Shown here: positions 16,693 through 24,759 of the stretch, piece by piece | Numbering within the stretch: the stretch's first letter is position 1 | How the letters are laid out: every line of letters starts with the position of its first letter | Assembly (NCBI RefSeq): GCF_000299365.1 | Contig: NC_018655.1 | Location: 180,001 to 212,000 of the forward strand | Origin: Candidatus Nitrosopumilus koreensis AR1 | GTDB taxonomy: Archaea; Thermoproteota; Nitrososphaeria; Nitrososphaerales; Nitrosopumilaceae | Length of the DNA stretch: 32,000 nt | Direction of reading: 5' to 3' | Translations under genes and position numbers: made by a program | The notes under the pieces: generated by a model | Told to the model about the DNA's origin: nothing | Database searches by the model: none | Seen by the model: only the letters and a program-made list of their open reading frames with translations

Positions 16693-18159
16693 TTGATGTA
16701 TCGTTCTCGTCTTGGCAATGATTTGAGTGATATTACTTTAGATTATGTATCCTCAATTGACGATGATTCTACAATTGCTTTCTATGATATTCTTGGAAGT
16801 CAAGCTCATACATTGATGTTATATCAACAAAAGATTATTACAAAAAATGATGCAAAAAAAATTCTCTCTTCTCTTGAGAGCTTAAAAGATGAAACATTCG
16901 ATTCATCTTCAGGTGCTGAAGATATTCATGAACTAATTGAATCACTAGTGATCAAAAAAGCTGGGATGGCAAGTGGGGGTAAAATGCATACTGCAAGATC
17001 AAGAAACGACCAAGTTGTTTTAGATATTAGGATGAAGATTAGAGATGATATCAACATTATCTGTAATTACCTTTTAGACGCCATTGAAGCTCTTGTTTCT
17101 GTGGCTAAAAATCATCAAAAAACAATCATGCCTCTTTACACTCATCTTCAACAAGCTCAAGCAGGTCTGTTTTCTCATTACCTTCTTGCACATGCAGATG
17201 TTTTATCTAGGGATTTTCAGAGACTTTATGGAACTTTTGAAAGAATAAATCAAAGCCCACTTGGAGCCGGACCTGTTGGGGGAACAAGTATTCAGATTGA
17301 TAGAAATAGCACTGCCAAGATGTTGGGCTTTGATGGTGTAGTTGAAAATTCACTTGATGCAACCAGTACCCGTGATTTTGTAGCAGAATACATTTCAATG
17401 ATTGCAATTTTAATGACTAATCTAAGTAAGATTGCTGAAGATTTTGTTATATGGTCTACAACTGAATTTTCTTTTATTGAATTATCTGATGAATTTACAT
17501 CCCCTTCAAGTGTAATGCCTCAAAAGAAAAATCCTGATATTTTGGAATTAACTCGTGGAAAAACAGCCGAAGTAATTGGAAATCTTACTGCAATCCTATC
17601 TACTATCAAAGGATTGGCATCTGGTTACGGTCGTGATTTACAACAAATAAAATCTTCAATATGGTCTACCTCAAAAATTTCAATTAGTGCTTTGTTAATT
17701 TTCAAATCAATGCTTCTAACTTTGAAAGTTAATGAAAAACAAATGAAAAAAGTGACAGAATCAAGTAATCTTATTGCTTTAGATGTTGCAGAAAAATTAG
17801 TTCAAGAAGGAATTCCATTCCGTGAAACTCATAAAATTGCAGGCTCATTGGTTCAATTGGCACATGCCTCAAAAAAACCTCTTTCAAAACTAACTTCTTC
17901 TGACATCAAAAAATCTGTGACTGGCACAAAAGTTGATTCTAAACTGGTTTCAAAAATTCTCTCTTCTACAACTGTTGTCTCCTCACTTAAGGAACGAAAA
18001 TCTTTTGGTTCTTCAGGATATGATGAACAAAAAAGGATGATTTCTGACAGACTCAGTAAAATCAATGATTTTAGAACTAAAATCACTCATAGAGAAAACA
18101 AAATTAACTCTTCTCTTAATGATTTGAAAAAACAGATAGATGAAATAATTCAAAAATAA
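16693..18159 (+). CDS. argH: Argininosuccinate lyase
   Basis: 488 aa with HTARSRNDQV and the signature SSVMPQKKNPD. The probable start is the ATG at 16696, one codon after the listed TTG. Confidence 0.95.
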   Translation: MMYRSRLGNDLSDITLDYVSSIDDDSTIAFYDILGSQAHTLMLYQQKIITKNDAKKILSSLESLKDETFDSSSGAEDIHELIESLVIKKAGMASGGKMHTARSRNDQVVLDIRMKIRDDINIICNYLLDAIEALVSVAKNHQKTIMPLYTHLQQAQAGLFSHYLLAHADVLSRDFQRLYGTFERINQSPLGAGPVGGTSIQIDRNSTAKMLGFDGVVENSLDATSTRDFVAEYISMIAILMTNLSKIAEDFVIWSTTEFSFIELSDEFTSPSSVMPQKKNPDILELTRGKTAEVIGNLTAILSTIKGLASGYGRDLQQIKSSIWSTSKISISALLIFKSMLLTLKVNEKQMKKVTESSNLIALDVAEKLVQEGIPFRETHKIAGSLVQLAHASKKPLSKLTSSDIKKSVTGTKVDSKLVSKILSSTTVVSSLKERKSFGSSGYDEQKRMISDRLSKINDFRTKITHRENKINSSLNDLKKQIDEIIQK

Positions 18160-18168
18160 AAAAAGTAG

Positions 18169-18242
18169 CGGGTCTAAAGGGATTCGGACCCTTGACAACC
18201 GGATTAAAAGTCCGGTGCGCTACCTGGCTGCGCCATAGACCC
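18169..18242 (-). tRNA. tRNA-Lys (anticodon TTT)
   Basis: Hand fold on the minus strand. Acceptor GGGTCTA/TAGACCC, D stem GCGC/GCGC, anticodon arm CCGGA-CTTTTAA-TCCGG, T arm AAGGG-TCCGAAT-CCCTT. No CCA is encoded. Confidence 0.9.
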
Positions 18243-18338
18243 TCACAAAAAATGCTTTACGTGTATAATTTAGTCTTTTACAAAATTTTTTGTTGTGACA
18301 GAAACTTTTAATCTGGCAATTTGACTCAATGAACTTGT

Positions 18339-18416
18339 GCCCTTGTAGTATAGCCCGGTCTAGAATTCGGCCCTGTCACGGCTGAGACGCGTGTTCAAAT
18401 CCCGCCGAGGGCGCCA
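18339..18416 (+). tRNA. tRNA-Asp (anticodon GTC), CCA encoded
   Basis: Acceptor GCCCTTG/CGAGGGC, anticodon arm CGGCC-CTGTCAC-GGCTG, T arm GCGTG-TTCAAAT-CCCGC (one U:C mismatch), discriminator G followed by CCA. My D-arm fold is imperfect. Confidence 0.8.
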
Positions 18417-18541
18417 TTATTTTCATTTATTCATTTGAAATCATTTTTGCAACCGATCAAAATTGTTTTTTCATAATTTATTGTTCTAAAACTAATGGTT
18501 TACAGTCGTTATCACAAGAATATTAAAATTCAGGCAAATTT

Positions 18542-19309
18542 GTGATTATTTTGTTGTCAGAAGAGAAAAAAGAATCTGAAGAAGCAAAACCTGCTGAAGA
18601 TTCTACATCTGAGAAACCATCTGTTGAAGATGCTGCAAAAACAGACTCTGTAGAAAAAGCAAAAGCAGAAGCTGCAGAAAAGGCAGAAGTTGCAGCAAAA
18701 GCAGCAGAAGAAGCAAAAGCCTCTGAAGCAATTGCTAAAGCAGAAGCTGCAGCAAAAGCAGCAGAAGAAGCTGAAATTGCAGCAAAAGAAGCTCTGGCAA
18801 AAGCAGAAGCAGCAAAAGCTGAGGCTGAAGCTGCAGCAGAAGAAGAATACAAAGCAATTGCAGCTGAAGTAAAGGCAGAAGCAGCTAAAGCCGCTGATTA
18901 TACGTTTAAACGACAAAGTGAAGAGATTTTCAGACGTGAAATGGGTGAACCTGAATTTTGGTTAGAAAAAGAAGAACGTTTCCCACGACCAATTCTTACT
19001 GCAGAACAACAAGATTCACTTACTAGACAAGCAGAAACTCCACATGATCAAACACCTGAATATGTACCTGACCATGTTTTGAGTCCAGAATTTGAAGGAA
19101 AATCTAATTATGAAAGAGGTGTAGATGAACTTTTAGAAGTTACAAAATTAAAACTTGAAACCTTAAAGAATAATCCAGATGCAACTGAAAAAGAAATTAA
19201 AGCTACAGAAGATGAAATTGTTTACTTAGAATCATTACATGAAAATTACTTTATTGGTATGAATGTATTTAGAACAGCTAGAGGCGGTAGAGCTAAGATC
19301 ACAAAATGA
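18542..19309 (+). CDS. Hypothetical protein with an Ala/Glu/Lys-rich low-complexity N-terminal half and a unique C-terminal domain
   Basis: 255-aa ORF with a GTG start. Residues about 20-115 are AEAAAKAAEE-type helical low complexity. The C-terminal 140 aa are ordinary in composition and match no family I recognise. Confidence 0.55.
   Translation: MIILLSEEKKESEEAKPAEDSTSEKPSVEDAAKTDSVEKAKAEAAEKAEVAAKAAEEAKASEAIAKAEAAAKAAEEAEIAAKEALAKAEAAKAEAEAAAEEEYKAIAAEVKAEAAKAADYTFKRQSEEIFRREMGEPEFWLEKEERFPRPILTAEQQDSLTRQAETPHDQTPEYVPDHVLSPEFEGKSNYERGVDELLEVTKLKLETLKNNPDATEKEIKATEDEIVYLESLHENYFIGMNVFRTARGGRAKITK
18640..18850 (+). repeat. Imperfect in-frame tandem repeat (57-bp / 19-codon period) of GCA/GAA/AAA codons
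   Basis: The identical 24-mer TGCAGCAAAAGCAGCAGAAGAAGC occurs at 18691-18714 and 18748-18771. The surrounding sequence is degenerate copies. The region has no stop codons in several frames on both strands. Confidence 0.7.
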
Positions 19310-19321
19310 GGATGATATGAT

Positions 19322-20398
19322 TTGGGTAATGTAAATTTTGATGTAATGAATATGAGAGTAACTTTCAAAAATGTTCCAATTTATTCTCTGTCAAAATTTG
19401 CATTCAAAGATGTAGGCGCAGCATGTGAAGAATTCAAAAAAATTCCCGGTGTTGATGAATGTATCATAATTCAAACTGCAAGTAGAGTTGAAATTTTTAT
19501 TGTGAGTAATATGGAAGATGAAGACTCTCCTGATGCCAGAAGAAATGAAGCTAAAGGCCTTGTCTTAAATCAAGTCAAAGATACATGGGTATCATTGTCT
19601 GCATTGGAACAAATAGATATTGATCATTTTGATCAAACAATTGAAGTCTATAAGGGCAATGATGTATATCTTCATCTGTTACGTTTAGCTGCAGGACTTG
19701 ATTCTTTTGTTATAGGAAAGAGAGAAGTTTATGATGAAATTACTCAATCCTTAGAAAAAGCAAAACAAGCCGGAACTTCAGGGAAAACACTTAACAAATT
19801 ATTTGATAGCGTTATCCGATTAGCCAGAAAAATGAGGGATGCTACTGGAATTGAAAAAGATGTAATATCTCTTGGCGATGTTGCAGTAAAATTAGTAGAT
19901 GAAAAAGCTGGCTTGGATGCAAAAAAGAAAGTATTGTTATTAGGAACTGGTGAGGCTGCTGCTCAAGTTGCCAAAACACTAAACAAGAAAGAAATTGCAT
20001 ATGATGTTGCAAGTAGAACTATTGATAGAGCCACAGGGTTTTCAACAATTGTAGGTGGAACACCTGTAAATTTTGAAGATGCGTTAGCTGGTTTGGATAA
20101 ATATGATATTGTATTTGTTGCAACAACCGCTGATTATTTCATTATCACTCATGAAAGAATTAGATTAGTTATGGAAGAAAAGAAGAAAGGAACTCTTATC
20201 ATGGATATTTCCGAACCAAGAGCTGTAAATGAGGATATTACATCTCTTCCAGGAATTAAATTATTGTTCAGAGACCAAATTGCAGAAATATATGATGAAA
20301 GTGTTAAAGCTAGAAAAGGTATTGTTCCTGCAGTTGAAAAAATTATAGAAAAAGAGTTACCTGTATTGTCAATTAGAATGCAAAAATTAGAAAATTAA
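19322..20398 (+). CDS. Glutamyl-tRNA reductase (HemA)-like protein lacking the catalytic cysteine motif
   Basis: HLLRLAAGLDSFVIGKREV matches HemA H(L)xRVASGLDSxVxGEPQI, and LLLGTGEAAAQVAKTL is the NADPH-binding GxGxxA. The active-site (S/Q)TCNR(T/V)E(L/I)Y is QTASRVEIF here. The start could be TTG at 19322 or a downstream ATG (MNMRV). Confidence 0.7.
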   Translation: MGNVNFDVMNMRVTFKNVPIYSLSKFAFKDVGAACEEFKKIPGVDECIIIQTASRVEIFIVSNMEDEDSPDARRNEAKGLVLNQVKDTWVSLSALEQIDIDHFDQTIEVYKGNDVYLHLLRLAAGLDSFVIGKREVYDEITQSLEKAKQAGTSGKTLNKLFDSVIRLARKMRDATGIEKDVISLGDVAVKLVDEKAGLDAKKKVLLLGTGEAAAQVAKTLNKKEIAYDVASRTIDRATGFSTIVGGTPVNFEDALAGLDKYDIVFVATTADYFIITHERIRLVMEEKKKGTLIMDISEPRAVNEDITSLPGIKLLFRDQIAEIYDESVKARKGIVPAVEKIIEKELPVLSIRMQKLEN

Positions 20399-20402
20399 TT
20401 TC

Positions 20403-20570
20403 TTAGAGGCCCTGTTTTCTTAGTAGAAATTGCATAATAGCTTCTTTAGAATAATCAATTCCATGTTCTTCATCAGTATGATTTCTAAAGTTTTCAATTA
20501 CTTCTTCCATGTCTCCACTAGCTACAAAATCACATTCAAAACCATAATCTCTGCACTTTAGTTCTGCCAT
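20403..20570 (-). CDS. DUF1059-family small protein (55 aa). Below the ORF-track length cutoff.
   Basis: My own translation gives MAELKCRDYGFECDFVASGDMEEVIENFRNHTDEEHGIDYSKEAIMQFLLRKQGL. The C-x-D-x-G-x-x-C-x-F ... H-x3-H-G pattern is typical of DUF1059. A TTTTTATATTG TATA-like element lies about 25 nt upstream. Confidence 0.65.
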   Translation of the reverse strand: MAELKCRDYGFECDFVASGDMEEVIENFRNHTDEEHGIDYSKEAIMQFLLRKQGL

Positions 20571-20660
20571 GCATTTGCAAAAATACTTTCAATATAAAAA
20601 TCCACAGGTAGTATTAACATGAGTTTGATAGTCTCAAAAATGAAAATTATTTGTTAATGT

Positions 20661-21503
20661 TTATCCGTATGATTCAAACTTGATTCCAAAACTACCATCT
20701 GGCTTCTTTTCATGTTCAGTAACAAAGCCTTGTGGACCTAGAGAATCAATTACTCCATCAATGGTTCCTTGATAACCACAAATGTAGATTATTGTATTTT
20801 CGGGGGTAATTTTCTCACCAACCATCTCTTCTACAGGGGATAATCCTGTTTTTTTGTCTGGTGCAAAAAATGATTCAACTCTACCTACGTGACCATTCCA
20901 AGATCTATTGAAGAATTCTTTTGGTCTACTGATTGCTGCTCTGTATCTAAAGTTCCATTGATCTCTTCCTCTCCTTTCACTTTCCATCTCTAAATCTGTA
21001 AAGAAACGTTTGTAACTTAATTCATCAACATAACTGGCACCATGCAATACAACAATTTCTCGTTTATCATTTATGTCATGGAAATGTTTTGCAAATGCAA
21101 CAAATGGTGCAATACCTGTACCACCACCAACACAAATCACTCTCCTTTTATCCTCTTGTCCATTTGGTAGTACGTCACTAATTTGTAACGCAGTTCCACT
21201 TGGATCTCCTAACCAAACTTCATCGCCAACACTTGCATAGAATAATTCTGTAGTTACTCTGCCTGGAAGTGGTTTTCTCACCCATCTAATTACAAATTCA
21301 AAATACTCTCTATTTTCTGGATGTGATGCAATTGAATATGCTCTTCTTACAATTTTTTTCTCAGCTGGTATTGGAACTCCTATTGTTAAAAATTGCCCAG
21401 TTTTGTACTCCGGCATTCCACCTTCAGGAACTAATCTAATAATTACAAGATCTTCTTTTAATAATTCTCTATAAACGACCTTGGCCTTTGTCTCACTAAC
21501 CAT
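20661..21503 (-). CDS. Ferredoxin-NADP+ reductase-like FAD/NAD(P)-binding oxidoreductase (paralog 2)
   Basis: 280 aa, colinear with the 9572-10417 product over its full length (RAYSIASHPENREY, GGGTGIAPF, ..ESYG). By eye roughly two thirds of residues are identical. Confidence 0.85.
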   Translation of the reverse strand: MVSETKAKVVYRELLKEDLVIIRLVPEGGMPEYKTGQFLTIGVPIPAEKKIVRRAYSIASHPENREYFEFVIRWVRKPLPGRVTTELFYASVGDEVWLGDPSGTALQISDVLPNGQEDKRRVICVGGGTGIAPFVAFAKHFHDINDKREIVVLHGASYVDELSYKRFFTDLEMESERRGRDQWNFRYRAAISRPKEFFNRSWNGHVGRVESFFAPDKKTGLSPVEEMVGEKITPENTIIYICGYQGTIDGVIDSLGPQGFVTEHEKKPDGSFGIKFESYG

Positions 21504-21590
21504 ACAACAAGTTTTTTCGTTACTTTGGATAAATATATTTCTGTTATACTTTATGAAAAAAAATTAATTTCTTAACGAATATTTGAAAAT

Positions 21591-22391
21591 TTATTCATTG
21601 ATCTGTGACATTATCTCATCAAGAATTTTTTGATTTGCAGCTGCAATAAAAGAAACTCTTGTATCGTAGCTTAGATCCGCATCAAGTGGATTAAGATCTG
21701 CATCTAAAAGCAATCCTCCTGCTTCTTTTACAATCAGATAACCTGCTGCAATGTCTTGAATTCTAATTTTATCTCGTAAATCAATAAAAATATCCATTAA
21801 TCCTCTTGCAAACAATGCCATCTCAAGAGCGTTAGCACCAAAATGTCTTGTGTGATTATGATTTTCAAATATGGGATGAAGCTTCTTCATTAATTCTGTT
21901 GTTGCACCTGATGTATTGATTCCAATAATTTTGTAAATAGGATCCCTATCGTGCACTTTCATTTGTTCTTGATTGAAAAATGAACCTTTGTTTTTAGACG
22001 CCCAATACATCTCACCATTATCTAGATTTGTGATTACTCCATCTGTAATAGAACTAAGTTTGTTTTCTGTTGCAAAAGCTAATGAACTGCAAAAGAAAGG
22101 AACTCCTCTAACAGCATTTGCAGAACCATCAATTGCATCCATGATAACAAATCCTTTTGGTTCTTTTGATAATTCCACTCTGCCACACTCTTCACCTAAA
22201 ACTACACATGGAAAATTGATTTCTTTTAGATAATCAATAACTGTTTTCTCTGCAATAATGTCTATGTTTCTTGAAATATCTCCCCCTGCACCTCTTCCAA
22301 AATCTCCTGCAGCATGTTCAGTTCCTGCAAGATCTTTTACATTTTCATAAATCTTGTTTGAAACTTCGCGAAGAATTTCAATTACTTCCAT
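21591..22391 (-). CDS. Inositol monophosphatase/fructose-1,6-bisphosphatase family protein
   Basis: 266 aa with VVLGEECG, MDAIDGSANA (DPIDGT-type metal site) and a C-terminal W/DxAAG-like DIAAGYLIVKEAGG. Confidence 0.85.
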   Translation of the reverse strand: MEVIEILREVSNKIYENVKDLAGTEHAAGDFGRGAGGDISRNIDIIAEKTVIDYLKEINFPCVVLGEECGRVELSKEPKGFVIMDAIDGSANAVRGVPFFCSSLAFATENKLSSITDGVITNLDNGEMYWASKNKGSFFNQEQMKVHDRDPIYKIIGINTSGATTELMKKLHPIFENHNHTRHFGANALEMALFARGLMDIFIDLRDKIRIQDIAAGYLIVKEAGGLLLDADLNPLDADLSYDTRVSFIAAANQKILDEIMSQINE

Positions 22392-22476
22392 AACAAAAAG
22401 TATACTTGATTCGTAATTTAAGTGAAGAAAAATATTTGTCTTGAAAGCATAAATAACAATACGGGAGCTAAAGTTT

Positions 22477-23592
22477 GTGAGTGGTAAAGATCAATCTGTT
22501 GTAAGTAAAGAAGCTCTAATGAGTACAAAACCTGGCAAACAAATTATGAAACAAGGCTTGTTCAAATCAAAAGGATACAAATTATTTAACAAATACAAGG
22601 AAGAAACAGAAAACGAATTTCCAAACTTTGCAGATAGATTTACTCGAGGTCTTCTTAATGAAATTAAATCTGATACTGATCCCAATTCAACACAACAAGC
22701 GTTTGCAGATGAAGTCGGTTCCACTGAAATTATTTTAAATGCCTCTGAAATTGAGCCTGTAAAATCAAAATTAGAAAGTCCTGACGTTCTAAAAGATAGA
22801 GTACTCAGAATTTTAAATTCTAATTTTGTTAAAATGACCTTTCCTGTCTTTAATGCTCTTTTTGATGGAGCTGCAGAATATTCTGGTAGAAATGATCCTC
22901 AATTAAGACAAGATATGGTTGAAGGTCATATTCTGGCAATTGATCTTAGTGAACCAATGGATAGAATTGTAGACAAAGATGAAGATTTAGATTATCTTGA
23001 TGATTACAAATTAATGAATCCATATATTCTGAAACTAGCTCGTGATAAAATTTCTAAAGGTGGAGATGTGGTTCTAAAAGAATTTGAAGAAGGATTCAAA
23101 GATGCAAGAGTTGGACAATACCTTGATGAAAAATTAAAATCAAAACCAACAAAAATTACTGAAGAAGAGATGACACTTTCTTATAAAAAATATCGTGCAG
23201 TAATGGGAACTGCAGGAAGAAATATGGCGTTGGCTGAACGACCTCTTGGGGAAATTTTCTATTTGGGAATGGCAAGAGCTGCTGAAGGTGTTGGTTGTGG
23301 AAATGAGATCGAAGACTCTATTAAAAATGGATTTGTAAAAATTCCTTCATGGCCACTTTATTATTCATTATTAGCAAATGATGTCAAAAAAGGATTTGAG
23401 ATAACTTTGGAAAAAAGTAATCTGTATTTACAAGATGCAAGACTTGCAATAGAATTACTTCCTGACGGTTTCTCTCATAAGGAATTCTTAGAATTTTTAT
23501 TCTTAACTGTTGATCATTATAATCAATATTGGTATAATCAATTACAAAAGGCTAACAAATGGCCTGAATTTGAATCAAAACTTCCTAAGTGA
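22477..23592 (+). CDS. Hypothetical protein (371 aa), no family recognised
   Basis: Long ORF with coding-like composition that ends 6 nt before rfcL on the same strand. The start is uncertain (GTG at 22477, or ATG 14 codons downstream). Confidence 0.55.
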   Translation: MSGKDQSVVSKEALMSTKPGKQIMKQGLFKSKGYKLFNKYKEETENEFPNFADRFTRGLLNEIKSDTDPNSTQQAFADEVGSTEIILNASEIEPVKSKLESPDVLKDRVLRILNSNFVKMTFPVFNALFDGAAEYSGRNDPQLRQDMVEGHILAIDLSEPMDRIVDKDEDLDYLDDYKLMNPYILKLARDKISKGGDVVLKEFEEGFKDARVGQYLDEKLKSKPTKITEEEMTLSYKKYRAVMGTAGRNMALAERPLGEIFYLGMARAAEGVGCGNEIEDSIKNGFVKIPSWPLYYSLLANDVKKGFEITLEKSNLYLQDARLAIELLPDGFSHKEFLEFLFLTVDHYNQYWYNQLQKANKWPEFESKLPK

Positions 23593-23598
23593 TTTACA

Positions 23599-24759
23599 TT
23601 GATGTGGTCTGAAAAATATCGACCTCAGAAGATTTCTGATATGGTTGGAAATGAAGAAACTCGTTCAGTAATTATGGAATGGTTTGCAAAGTGGAAGAAA
23701 GGAACAAAACCTCTACTTTTAGTTGGCCCACCTGGAATAGGCAAGACCACTATTGCATTTCTTGTAGCCAAACAATTTGGTTATGATATGATTGGCCTTA
23801 ATGCAAGTGATGTTAGAAGCAAATCTAGAATAAATGAAATTCTCACTCCTGTATTAGGTAATGTAAGCGTACTTGGAACTCCTATGATATTTGTTGATGA
23901 AGTTGATGGAATTCATGGCCGTGGAGATTATGGTGGTGTTGCAGCACTAGTTGATATTCTAAAAGAACCAACTGTGCCAATTATTCTAGCTGCAAATGAT
24001 GACTCTGCTGATAAAATGAAAAATATCAAAAAAGCAGTTAAGATAATTTCTTTCAAAAAAATTCCACCCCGTCTTCTTCGAGTTTATTTAGAAAATATTT
24101 TGAAAAAAGAAAATGCAAATCTTAGTCCTGGCTCTTTAATCAAAGTAATTGATAAATCTCGAGGTGACATTCGTTCGATGATTAATTTAACACAATCATT
24201 TGTAACCGGATTTAATCCGCAAACAGAAACAACATTTGAAAATATTGATGTTGAAGAAGGTGTTAATGCATTTTTTAAAGCAAAATCACTTGAAGAAGCT
24301 AGAATTGTTTTGTATTCTATGCAAATTGATCCAAGGGAAAAAATAAATGCGTTTTATTCTAGCATAATTACAAGTAATTTAGACAATAATGCTCTTGCAA
24401 AATACTTGGAAGTCATTTCTGAAGCTGACATGCTTTATGGCAAAATTATAAAAACACAAAACTGGAGATTATTAAGATATCTTAATGATGTTTTGATTAA
24501 ACTTTATGAAAACGATGATAGGATTAGATATGCACAATACAATCTTTCATGGCCTTTACTTAATAGAATTCGTTGGGATGGTGCTAAAATAAAATCACTA
24601 TCATCTGTTATGGCAAAAAAATTACATTTGTCTTCTAGTGCCTTTGTTACAATTGGTTTACCTTTTGTTTTATTTTGTATAAAAAATAAAACATTAGAAT
24701 TAGAACTGGAGGAAACATTTGGAGATATTATTGATAAGGAGATTGAATTGATGCAATGA
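23599..24759 (+). CDS. rfcL: Replication factor C large subunit
   Basis: WSEKYRP, Walker A GPPGIGKTT, Walker B VDEVDG and SRGDIRS (SRC-like). The probable start is the ATG at 23602. Confidence 0.9.
   Translation: MMWSEKYRPQKISDMVGNEETRSVIMEWFAKWKKGTKPLLLVGPPGIGKTTIAFLVAKQFGYDMIGLNASDVRSKSRINEILTPVLGNVSVLGTPMIFVDEVDGIHGRGDYGGVAALVDILKEPTVPIILAANDDSADKMKNIKKAVKIISFKKIPPRLLRVYLENILKKENANLSPGSLIKVIDKSRGDIRSMINLTQSFVTGFNPQTETTFENIDVEEGVNAFFKAKSLEEARIVLYSMQIDPREKINAFYSSIITSNLDNNALAKYLEVISEADMLYGKIIKTQNWRLLRYLNDVLIKLYENDDRIRYAQYNLSWPLLNRIRWDGAKIKSLSSVMAKKLHLSSSAFVTIGLPFVLFCIKNKTLELELEETFGDIIDKEIELMQ

Noticed and set aside
18013-18198. 61-aa minus-strand ORF at the argH 3' end
   Set aside because: It overlaps both the argH coding sequence and the tRNA-Lys gene, so it is spurious.
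18523-18916. Ala/Ser-rich and Cys/Phe-rich antisense ORFs (18523..18852 and 18557..18916) and the Gln/Lys-rich alternative-frame ORF (18690..18872)
   Set aside because: All are by-products of the stop-free GCA/GAA/AAG repeat. Only the 18542..19309 frame continues into a non-repetitive domain.
9572-21503. The idea that the two FNR-like direct repeats delimit a mobile or accessory island
   Set aside because: The interval holds core genes (sdhACDB, argH, three tRNAs, a Fe-S assembly protein). It has no integrase or transposase, no terminal inverted repeats, and no tRNA-adjacent att-like duplication that I could see.
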